From a virus: 44,790 nucleotides of DNA. Of the stretch, positions 22,877-29,710 are shown in pieces. The position numbers were made by a program, and so were the translations under genes. Under the pieces are notes generated by a model that saw nothing but the letters and a program-made list of their open reading frames with translations, made no database searches and had not been told where the DNA came from. The stretch lies in the IMG/VR virus record IMGVR_UViG_3300018056_000002, positions 1-44,790 of that record; one strand, written 5' to 3'. Each line of letters opens with the position of its first letter. Position 1 is the first letter of the stretch.

Positions 22877-24616
22877 TCACAGCACACCGCCCGCGTCCGC
22901 GCCGCCGGCGCCGCCGACCAGCCGCGAGAGCGCCGTGTCGCCCTCCATCGGCGTCTGCCCGGCGCTCTTCATCGCCGCCGCCATCTGTTGCGCCTGCTTC
23001 GCCTCGGCGTCGCGCTGCGCGGCTTGTGCTTCGGCGTTCGCGAGGGCGTCGGCGTCGTCGTCGGTCCGGATGATCGACGGGTCGACGCCGAGCGCGTCGC
23101 CGTAGAGGTCGACGACGCGGTTGCTGTCGATCTTGTGGCGCACGGCGGGGAACGTTTGCGCGAGCGCAGTCACGGCCATATTGAAGCGATCGAGCCCAAC
23201 GACGCCGACCAGCTTTTGCGCCTGCGCCATGATCGAGGTGTATTCAGCCTTGATCGTGACGCCCTCGAGCTCCTCCGGCGGGACCGGGATCAGGCCGCCG
23301 GCCTCCATCATCTGATAGACCCGATCGATGAGCGGCTCGAGGAGCTCGTCGTTGGTGCGCTCGAGCACGGGACCAAGCGCGAGGAGCTTCTCTTCGTGGC
23401 GCTCGCGGACCTCTTCGGCCGTGATCGGCTGCGCGCTGCCGTTCTCCGACTGCGCGAGCATGAGAAAGAGATCCTCGAAAAAGGCGCGCTGGATCCGGTA
23501 CTGCGTCTGTCCGATGTCCTGCACGAAATGCTGCAGGTTGATGTTCAGCTCGTAGACCGCGCGCATCCCCGCCATGCCGGCCGGGACGTCGACGTACGTG
23601 ATGTCGCCCGGCAGGAGCGAGGTGTGTTGCGTGCGCAAGGACGTCGGCGCCATCACCGGCGGGTCGATCTGTTTCTGCATCGCCTTCGCTTTGGCGCGCT
23701 GCTGATCCTGGAGTTGCTTGATGTCGGGCAGGGCGGTCATGCCCGGACAGTCGGTGCCGTAGGTGTCCTCGCCGGTCACGTCCCAGCGCGGCGCGAGAAT
23801 CGGAAACGTGTCGAAGCCCGACTCGCGCAGAAACTTGTGCTCGTGCGCGGTGTCCTCCCAATGGCAACTCGCAAACGGCTTGTATTTCGCCTCGAAGCGC
23901 GTCGGGTCCGGGAACGGATTCGGCAGCACGAGCCAGGTCAGATCGATCGGCTCCTCATACTGCGCGCGTTCCCAGGCGGTTCTGACGCGCGTCGAGAGCT
24001 TCGACCAGTCGATCGTCTTTTTGTCCGGCTCGAGCCCGAACGTCTCAACCACCTGACGGACCGAGAGCTGGTATTCGCGCATGAAGGCCGTCGCGAGGCC
24101 GCGCTTATCGAGGCCGAGCGCGTAACTGCCGATCGGGTACGGGTAGCAGCGAAACAGATCTTTCGTGTCTTCGACGATGCCCATGCAGCCCGTCGCGAAC
24201 ACGCCCATATCGCCGTAGATCGTCGGCAGCGAGTTATAGAGGTTGGTCTGCTGAAAGACGACGAGCATCCGCTGCGTGACCACGCTCAGCCACGCCTTGA
24301 CGGCTGGACTCTTCGCCAGATCCGGATCCGGTGTGGTCAGCTTCATCCACGGACGCGCGGGCGAGGTCAGCCCGGCGTGCAAGCCGGACTGCAGCGTGCG
24401 GACCGCGAAGCGCGCCGTCGAGTCGAGGATCTTCTGGTTGCGCTTGTCGCCGCGGTTTCTGTCGCCGGTCCAGAAGCGCGTCCGCCGCGGCAGCAGGTAG
24501 TCGCCGAGCTCGCGCCAGTGCGCCTCGAAACTGCTGCGATCACTTTTCAGCGCGGCCTTGATCGTCTGGTAGCGCGTGCGCTTGTCGGCCGGGTCGGCGC
24601 CGAAGTAGTCGCCCAC
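22877..24616 (-). CDS. Portal (head-to-tail connector, T7 gp8-like) protein (579 aa)
   Basis: ...RSSFEAHWRELGDYLLPRRTRFWTGDRNRGDKRNQKILDSTARFAVRTLQSGLHAGLTSPARPWMKL is the conserved N-terminal block of podovirus connector proteins. GTG start directly after the TAG of the upstream gene. Confidence 0.8.
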   Translation of the reverse strand: MGDYFGADPADKRTRYQTIKAALKSDRSSFEAHWRELGDYLLPRRTRFWTGDRNRGDKRNQKILDSTARFAVRTLQSGLHAGLTSPARPWMKLTTPDPDLAKSPAVKAWLSVVTQRMLVVFQQTNLYNSLPTIYGDMGVFATGCMGIVEDTKDLFRCYPYPIGSYALGLDKRGLATAFMREYQLSVRQVVETFGLEPDKKTIDWSKLSTRVRTAWERAQYEEPIDLTWLVLPNPFPDPTRFEAKYKPFASCHWEDTAHEHKFLRESGFDTFPILAPRWDVTGEDTYGTDCPGMTALPDIKQLQDQQRAKAKAMQKQIDPPVMAPTSLRTQHTSLLPGDITYVDVPAGMAGMRAVYELNINLQHFVQDIGQTQYRIQRAFFEDLFLMLAQSENGSAQPITAEEVRERHEEKLLALGPVLERTNDELLEPLIDRVYQMMEAGGLIPVPPEELEGVTIKAEYTSIMAQAQKLVGVVGLDRFNMAVTALAQTFPAVRHKIDSNRVVDLYGDALGVDPSIIRTDDDADALANAEAQAAQRDAEAKQAQQMAAAMKSAGQTPMEGDTALSRLVGGAGGADAGGVL

Positions 24617-24898
24617 CTAGTAGCCCACCAGACTTTTCGGCGCGAGGACCGCGGGCGGATTGATGCCGGCGCCAGTTGGTTGGCCGGTCACGAGCGTCGA
24701 CGCGGCGCCGCGCTTGCGCGCGCGCTTGGCCGCCAAGAGCGCCTCGGCGGTCGCGTTCGACCTGGTCTGACTGGCATCGGGCGGCGCCAGGCCGCCCAGC
24801 AGACTCGCCGGCGCGACCGGCGGCGGCGACTTCAAGCCTTTCCCCGGCGGCAGCGCGCCCTTGGTGACGGAATTTTGCGAGCCGAACCACGCCATCAC
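24617..24898 (-). CDS. Hypothetical protein (93 aa, P/A/G-rich)
   Basis: ORF track. ATGA overlap with the upstream GNAT gene. Ends ...ASTLVTGQPTGAGINPPAVLAPKSLVGY. Confidence 0.45.
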   Translation of the reverse strand: MMAWFGSQNSVTKGALPPGKGLKSPPPVAPASLLGGLAPPDASQTRSNATAEALLAAKRARKRGAASTLVTGQPTGAGINPPAVLAPKSLVGY

Positions 24899-25356
24899 GC
24901 GACTCGTTTCATGAATGCGGTTTCAATCGGCTGATAGCCGCGCCGCTCGTAGAAGGCGCCGACCGTCGTCCCGATCGGCGCGACCATTTTCAGGAACGCA
25001 CAGCCGTGCGCGCTTGCCCACTCTTCGGCGAGGGCCAGGAGGCGCGGCCCAAGCGTGCCCGAGCGATACTCGGGCTCGACCCACCAGGCGACCTCTTCGG
25101 CGTAGCGGTCGCCGGACAAGGTGTGCTCGAGAACGACCAGGCCCAGGAAGGCGACGAGCTCCGGACCGGCCGGACCGGGGACGGTGTCGCGCTCCGCCAC
25201 GAACACAACGCCCTGGTCGAGCGCGAGATCAAACAGAACGCCGACGCGCTGCGGATCGACGGCGAGGAGATACCCGTAGGCTGACTCCGCGTGAAAGTTG
25301 AGCGCGAGAGCGACCACGTCGGCGCGGTCGGCGGCGGTCGCCGCGCGGAGAATCAT
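24895..25356 (-). CDS. GNAT-family N-acetyltransferase (153 aa)
   Basis: Typical GNAT layout: ...VVFVAERD...LVAFLGLVV...VEPEYRSGTLGPRLLALAEEWASAHGCAFLKMV...AFYERRGYQPIE. This covers the acetyl-CoA-binding R/Q-x-x-G-x-G/A-like segment and a C-terminal YxxxGF-like motif. Confidence 0.7.
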   Translation of the reverse strand: MILRAATAADRADVVALALNFHAESAYGYLLAVDPQRVGVLFDLALDQGVVFVAERDTVPGPAGPELVAFLGLVVLEHTLSGDRYAEEVAWWVEPEYRSGTLGPRLLALAEEWASAHGCAFLKMVAPIGTTVGAFYERRGYQPIETAFMKRVA

Positions 25357-25556
25357 CGCGTGTCGTCCTCGGAAAACCCGTGCCGGTCCATCGCGGTTGC
25401 CGCGCGCGTGTGCGCGGACTCAGGCGCCCGCGCCGCTTCGATCAGCGCATCCACACAGCGCTCGAGGTCGAAGACGCTCGGGTCCTCGACGAGACAGCGC
25501 GTCAGCAACCGCACCGCCTTGTCTCGCGCGCTTTCGCTCACTTGATCCACCGCCAC
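25353..25556 (-). CDS. Hypothetical protein (67 aa)
   Basis: ORF track. Natural acidic composition. Overlaps the TerL 3' end by 19 nt and has an ATGA overlap with the GNAT gene. Confidence 0.45.
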   Translation of the reverse strand: MAVDQVSESARDKAVRLLTRCLVEDPSVFDLERCVDALIEAARAPESAHTRAATAMDRHGFSEDDTR

Positions 25557-27070
25557 GGATCGCCTCCTTCCTCCTCACGCACGACAGGCGGCAGCCGCGA
25601 GGCGGCCGGCATGTCGACCATGCCGAAGGTCAGCGCGAGCGCGTCGGCCAGATCCGGCGAGCGCCCGAGCCGCTTCTTGACCTGGTCCTTGTCCTCGAGC
25701 AGGAACTTGCCGCCCACAAAGGTGTAGGTCGGCGTCGTGAGCTCGCCGACCAGCTCCGGCACCGGCGGCATGGCGCCGCCGCGCTTCACCCACTCCGACA
25801 TCGCAAACCAGATTTCCGCGCGGCGATTTTTATAGCGCGGGTCGAGGCCGGGCGCCGCGAACTGCACGTCGGTCGGGCTGTAGCCGTTGGCGCGCATGAC
25901 ATCGACCGCGCCGGCCGCCCAGCCGCCAGTCGCGTCGAAGAGCTCGAGCTCGCTGCCCCAGAGCGCTTTCCCGCTCATCACCGCGGACGCGATGTCGGTC
26001 GACACCGCCGAGTCGCGCGCGTGGCGCATGATCTTCGGCCGGAAGGCGGCGAGGCCCTGCCGCGGGAAAATCACCGTGCGGTCATCGCCGTAGCGCGCGA
26101 CGTCGACGCCGAGGCGTTTCTGCGCCCACTCGTACTCATCGATCCGCAGATGGCGCGCCATCGCGCGCTCGACATCCTCGACGCCGAGCAGCGCATTGAG
26201 CGACTGCGGCGGGAACTGCCCGAGGATCTGCGACATGACCCACGGGTTCTCGCGCCCGTAGGTTGCAATCTGCTGGCGTGCCCACGCGGCCGGCTCCGGC
26301 CCGACCCGCGGCGAATGCACCCACGCGTGCGGATCATCCGGGTCGCCGGTAATCCGGATGACGAACCATTGATCGCGGAGCGGGCCGGCCGCGGCGTAGA
26401 GCATCCCCTCGAGCGAGATGGGATTGCCGGCCTGCAGAATCTTGCCGAAGATCGGGCCGGTCGAGAGCACCTGGTCGGAGGCGCGGAGCAGCGGCACCGG
26501 AATCGCGCCCGACTCGTCGGCGAAGATCGCGACGTATTTCGAGTGCAGGCCCGACACCGTCTTCCCCTGCTCGTCCGGCGAGGCGGTCTTCGGAAAGGTG
26601 CGCGCGGAGAGGAACCAGGTTTCGGGATGATGGTTCGCGAAAATCGTTTCCGCGGTGTGCGTGAACGCGGTCCGGAGATACTCCGAGCGCTGTTGCCACT
26701 TCGCGAGCTCGGGCCACAGGTTATCTTTGAGGTTGTCACCGGTGATCGAGAAGGCGACCGCCTTCGGATGTTCGCCGCGGTCGCCCCAGCAACTCAGGAA
26801 GTGCCACGCGCACCACGCGAGCACGGTCGTTTTGCCGGGGCCTACGCACGCCTGCAGGCTGATGCGGTGCTGCGCCGGGTCGCCCCAGGCCGCGAGGGCG
26901 GCGCGTTGCCACGGGTCCGGCTCGGCGCCGAACTGCTCGACGACAAACTGCTCGGGATGCGCGCGCCAGCGGCGAATGTTCTGGGCCGCCTGGAGGAGCG
27001 CGCTATCCACGCCGACGACCAGGGCGAGCGCGAGGACCAGCCGGCGCCATGTCACGCCGCGGCTCCCCAT
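25538..27070 (-). CDS. terL: Terminase large subunit (510 aa)
   Basis: PDPWQRAALAAW...ISLQACVGPGKTTVLAWCAWHFL (Walker A), ...YVAIFADESGAIP (Walker B-like DE), and a C-terminal nuclease-like region. Lies downstream of TerS. Confidence 0.8.
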   Translation of the reverse strand: MGSRGVTWRRLVLALALVVGVDSALLQAAQNIRRWRAHPEQFVVEQFGAEPDPWQRAALAAWGDPAQHRISLQACVGPGKTTVLAWCAWHFLSCWGDRGEHPKAVAFSITGDNLKDNLWPELAKWQQRSEYLRTAFTHTAETIFANHHPETWFLSARTFPKTASPDEQGKTVSGLHSKYVAIFADESGAIPVPLLRASDQVLSTGPIFGKILQAGNPISLEGMLYAAAGPLRDQWFVIRITGDPDDPHAWVHSPRVGPEPAAWARQQIATYGRENPWVMSQILGQFPPQSLNALLGVEDVERAMARHLRIDEYEWAQKRLGVDVARYGDDRTVIFPRQGLAAFRPKIMRHARDSAVSTDIASAVMSGKALWGSELELFDATGGWAAGAVDVMRANGYSPTDVQFAAPGLDPRYKNRRAEIWFAMSEWVKRGGAMPPVPELVGELTTPTYTFVGGKFLLEDKDQVKKRLGRSPDLADALALTFGMVDMPAASRLPPVVREEEGGDPWRWIK

Positions 27071-27378
27071 AAAACCTTACACGCAACATGCAACGCTTGG
27101 TCGATGTGAAACGCCCGCTCCGGCCTCCCACCGAATCGCCCATCGCACTTCAGATAGTCAATGACCATGTGCGCGACGGTTTCCGAGAGCCCGAAGGCGA
27201 CCGACTGCGTCACGAACGCAACCGCTCCCCCGTGGAGGAGCGCGTGCCAGAACAGTCCATGCATCCACGGCACGCCAGGGATCGGCGCGCGGTGATTCTT
27301 CGCGCGGGCGAGAAAATCGCCCTGGAGCGGATAGTCCATCAGGCCGTGACCGACCAGCAGCCAGAAGAACAGCATCAC
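27052..27378 (-). CDS. DUF3307-like membrane protein (108 aa)
   Basis: MMLFFWLLVGHGLMDYPLQGDFLARAK...HALLHGGAV...VAHMVIDYLK. The HxxxD(F/Y)xLQ motif and hydrophobic helices are typical of DUF3307 (from memory). Confidence 0.5.
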   Translation of the reverse strand: MMLFFWLLVGHGLMDYPLQGDFLARAKNHRAPIPGVPWMHGLFWHALLHGGAVAFVTQSVAFGLSETVAHMVIDYLKCDGRFGGRPERAFHIDQALHVACKVLWGAAA

Positions 27379-28052
27379 GCGGCGGCTCCCGGATCCGGCC
27401 GATTCGACATCGCGAGAATGTCCTCGAGCGTGTGCTCGACCTTGACGGTGTCTTTCAGCCGGCCGTCGACCTTCGCCATGAGCTCGCGGGCGTGGAGCTT
27501 GTCGTACATCTCGATCCGATAGCCGTACTTGTTCGGCGTGACGGCCTTGATCGCATCGGCGACGTCGGCGGGGAGCTTCGCGATGTGACTGTCCGGCGGG
27601 AACACCTTGCGGATGTCGATGCGCCCCATGTTCGAGATCCCCTCGAGCGCTTCGTCGCCGTCCATGATCCGGAGCGCGCGGACCCGCGCGGTCAGGAGCG
27701 CCGCGATCGCCGCCGCGACGCGCTCGCGCGTCAACATCCGGCTCGCGTTCGCCCGGTGACTCGCGCCGGTCACCTTGTAGCCGGCCAGCTCGTAGGCTTT
27801 CGCGGCGCGGAACTGCGCGGCGCCGACAAACGCCTCGACGAAGAGGAGCTCGCGCGGACTCAAGCCGAAGGGGTTGTCGACGGGCGCGACCTCGGGAATC
27901 GGGTCGAGGATTTCGAGCAGGTCGGCGGGTGGACTAGTATGCTCGGCCGCGTCCGGAACTAGTCCACCGTCGGGCTCAAGGGCGGGCGGCTCAGCGGGCG
28001 GCGACGTCAGCAGCGTCGCGGGCGGGACGTTCGGTCGTATCGGCGGGCGCAT
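27375..28052 (-). CDS. terS: Terminase small subunit (225 aa)
   Basis: LSPRELLFVEAFVGAAQFRAAKAYELAGYKVTGASHRANASRMLTRERVAAAI matches the HTH core of Terminase_2-type small subunits. Lies two genes upstream of TerL, with the DUF3307-like gene 27052-27378 in between. Confidence 0.7.
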   Translation of the reverse strand: MRPPIRPNVPPATLLTSPPAEPPALEPDGGLVPDAAEHTSPPADLLEILDPIPEVAPVDNPFGLSPRELLFVEAFVGAAQFRAAKAYELAGYKVTGASHRANASRMLTRERVAAAIAALLTARVRALRIMDGDEALEGISNMGRIDIRKVFPPDSHIAKLPADVADAIKAVTPNKYGYRIEMYDKLHARELMAKVDGRLKDTVKVEHTLEDILAMSNRPDPGAAA

Positions 28053-28093
28053 GAACGCCGCCGAGTCTGCGCCCGGAACGGATTTTGCCGTGA

Positions 28094-28129
28094 CCGATAA
28101 TGCCGATAATGCCGATTATGCCTATGAGG
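28094..28129. repeat. 9-bp tandem repeat (CCGATAATG x2, CCGATTATG, CCTATGAGG) in the gap upstream of terS
   Basis: Read directly: ccgataatgccgataatgccgattatgcctatgagg. This is an AT-rich island in a GC-rich genome, and its last unit overlaps the stop of the upstream HTH gene. Confidence 0.8.
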
Positions 28130-28343
28130 ACGCGTCGGGCGGTTCGCGCTGATAGCGGACCAGCGCGGCGACGCTGATGCGGTAGACCTTGCCGTCGCGA
28201 TACGCCGGCAGGAGGCCCTCTTCGATGCGCCGCCGGAGCGTGCGCTCATGCACGCCGAGGAAGTCCGCGGCCGCGGCAAGCCCAACCGCGCGCCGCGGGT
28301 GCTTGGCAGGGTCGACGATCGGCGGTTCGCGGCGGCGGCTCAT
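28122..28343 (-). CDS. Excisionase-type HTH DNA-binding protein (73 aa)
   Basis: Internal ATG of ORF 28122..28400 (offset 19 codons), with an ATGA overlap to the upstream gene. ...RAVGLAAAADFLGVHERTLRRRIEEGLLPAYRDGKVYRISVAALVRY resembles an HTH_17/MerR-like excisionase fold. Confidence 0.6.
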   Translation of the reverse strand: MSRRREPPIVDPAKHPRRAVGLAAAADFLGVHERTLRRRIEEGLLPAYRDGKVYRISVAALVRYQREPPDASS

Positions 28344-28465
28344 GTCCGTTCTGCGCGCCACACCCGAAGCGCGTCCGCGATGATCTTCCGCAGGGTCCAA
28401 TTTATCGACCCGAGCGGGCCTCGTGAGATGCGCGGATAGAACGGCGGCTCGCGGTGTCGGCTCAT
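28340..28465 (-). CDS. Hypothetical small protein (41 aa)
   Basis: ATGA overlaps on both sides. MSRHREPPFYPRISRGPLGSINWTLRKIIADALRVWRAERT. The N-terminus MSR(H/R)REPP is duplicated in the next gene. Confidence 0.35.
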   Translation of the reverse strand: MSRHREPPFYPRISRGPLGSINWTLRKIIADALRVWRAERT

Positions 28466-28764
28466 GGACCGTGCGGTCCTTCGTGACCCGCCTTCAGCCC
28501 GCAGCGATACGTGACCTCGAAGGGTTCCTCGCGCGGCGGTGACGTGCCAGGCACGGAATAGCGCCCCTCGCACCGGAGCGGAAACGTCCAGTAGTCCTCG
28601 GTATATTGCCGCTCGAGCTGCTCGATCTCGTCCTCCGCCTTCAGATGTTGATGGCCGTCCCAATCGCGCCCGTTCAAGCCGTCCACCGCGCGCAGGCGCC
28701 GATAGACGGCGAGCAACGTGTGCAAAAACGCAATCCGGTCACGGTCCGTCGCTTTGTCACTCAC
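28462..28764 (-). CDS. Hypothetical protein (100 aa)
   Basis: GTG at 28764 in a GTGA overlap with the upstream small ORF. VSDKATDRDRIAFLHTLLAVYRRLRAVDGLNGRDWDGHQHLKAEDEIEQLERQYTEDYWTFPLRCEGRY... The upstream part of ORF 28462..28941 is R-rich shadow. Confidence 0.45.
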   Translation of the reverse strand: MSDKATDRDRIAFLHTLLAVYRRLRAVDGLNGRDWDGHQHLKAEDEIEQLERQYTEDYWTFPLRCEGRYSVPGTSPPREEPFEVTYRCGLKAGHEGPHGP

Positions 28765-28883
28765 AACTCCGTCTCCATGTCCGCCTCGTCGAGGTCGACG
28801 TCGTCCTCCCAGCACGGCTCGGTCCCGTCGAGCGCGCGCCGCTCCTTCCGCACTTCCCACACGCGATCGCGGCGCCGCCTCAT
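28761..28883 (-). CDS. Hypothetical small protein (40 aa)
   Basis: Not in the ORF track because it is too short. ATGA overlap with the upstream gene. MRRRRDRVWEVRKERRALDGTEPCWEDDVDLDEADMETEL. It fills an otherwise uncoded gap in a translationally coupled chain. Confidence 0.35.
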   Translation of the reverse strand: MRRRRDRVWEVRKERRALDGTEPCWEDDVDLDEADMETEL

Positions 28884-29065
28884 GCCGTTGCCGTCTCGCG
28901 CAGCCGGTCGATCGCCTCACGCACCGCATCGCGCAACACACACCGCATGGAGTCGGTCAGATCGGAGTCGTAAGGGTCGTCGATCTCCTCCGCGACCTGG
29001 TCGAGCAAGTCGAGCAATGCGCCGAGCGGCAGACGCGCCGGCTGCTCCGTCAAGTCGTCGCTCAT
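28880..29065 (-). CDS. Hypothetical acidic protein (61 aa)
   Basis: Internal ATG of ORF 28880..29206 (offset 47 codons), with an ATGA overlap. MSDDLTEQPARLPLGALLDLLDQVAEEIDDPYDSDLTDSMRCVLRDAVREAIDRLRETATA. Confidence 0.5.
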   Translation of the reverse strand: MSDDLTEQPARLPLGALLDLLDQVAEEIDDPYDSDLTDSMRCVLRDAVREAIDRLRETATA

Positions 29066-29271
29066 GTCGTCGCCTCCTTGCGCAGCCGCGCGAGCTCCCA
29101 CGCCTCCGCCCGCCGCTGCTCGGCTTGCCGCGCCCGCAAGTCCCGCATGTAGGCGCGATGACAGGCCCGGCAGGTCGCCTGACCCGGCCGCGCGGCGTTG
29201 TGACACGAGCTGCAGCCGCCGCGACGTTTGCGCGGTGTTCCACGCGTTCCACGGGGAACAGTGGCAGTCAT
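29062..29271 (-). CDS. Basic Cys-rich (zinc-ribbon-like) protein (69 aa)
   Basis: C-terminal part of ORF 29062..29625. MTATVPRGTRGTPRKRRGGCSSCHNAARPGQATCRACHRAYMRDLRARQAEQRRAEAWELARLRKEATT (CxxC...CxxC). Confidence 0.5.
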   Translation of the reverse strand: MTATVPRGTRGTPRKRRGGCSSCHNAARPGQATCRACHRAYMRDLRARQAEQRRAEAWELARLRKEATT

Positions 29272-29399
29272 CACACCCGCACCCCGGTCACGAGCCAGTA
29301 GCCGACGAGCAGCCCGAGGACGACGGCGATCGTCACCAGGAACAGCCCCCACACGATCAGGGCGCCGGTCAGTTGCAGCGGGACAAGGACCCGCCTCAT
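29271..29399 (-). CDS. Small single-pass membrane protein (42 aa)
   Basis: Internal ATG of ORF 29271..29498 (offset 33 codons), with an ATGA overlap. MRRVLVPLQLTGALIVWGLFLVTIAVVLGLLVGYWLVTGVRV. Confidence 0.45.
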   Translation of the reverse strand: MRRVLVPLQLTGALIVWGLFLVTIAVVLGLLVGYWLVTGVRV

Positions 29400-29710
29400 G
29401 CCGCGCCCTTCTCCGGCACGAGCGCGACGGGAATCGGCAGGCGGCGCCGCGAGAAGCCGTACTGCCCCGACTCGAAGAGCCCCGCCGCGCGCCCGCACGC
29501 CGCCGGCGTCTCGTAGCCGAGCGAGTTGCCGATCGAGTCATCGACGCCGCGAACCCAGAAGCGCCGATCGATGACGGTGTAGAGGACCGTGTGCCGCGCG
29601 GCGAAGGGCTTGGTACAGACGACAAAGCGCCCGCTCGCGCTGACGGCCTGCACCGTGTAGGGGCGCGCTTCCTCCTGAAAGCGGAGCGTGTCGCCGACCT
29701 GCCAGCTCAC
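29396..29710 (-). CDS. Hypothetical protein (104 aa)
   Basis: ORF track. GTG start in a GTGA overlap with the methyltransferase stop. MSWQVGDTLRFQEEARPYTVQAVSASGRFVVCTKPFAARHTVLYTVIDRRFWVRG... Confidence 0.55.
   Translation of the reverse strand: MSWQVGDTLRFQEEARPYTVQAVSASGRFVVCTKPFAARHTVLYTVIDRRFWVRGVDDSIGNSLGYETPAACGRAAGLFESGQYGFSRRRLPIPVALVPEKGAA

Noticed and set aside
22988-27109. Plus-strand ORFs 22988..24934 (648 aa) and 25298..27109 (603 aa)
   Set aside because: They are antisense shadows of the portal and TerL genes and have the same arginine-rich composition.
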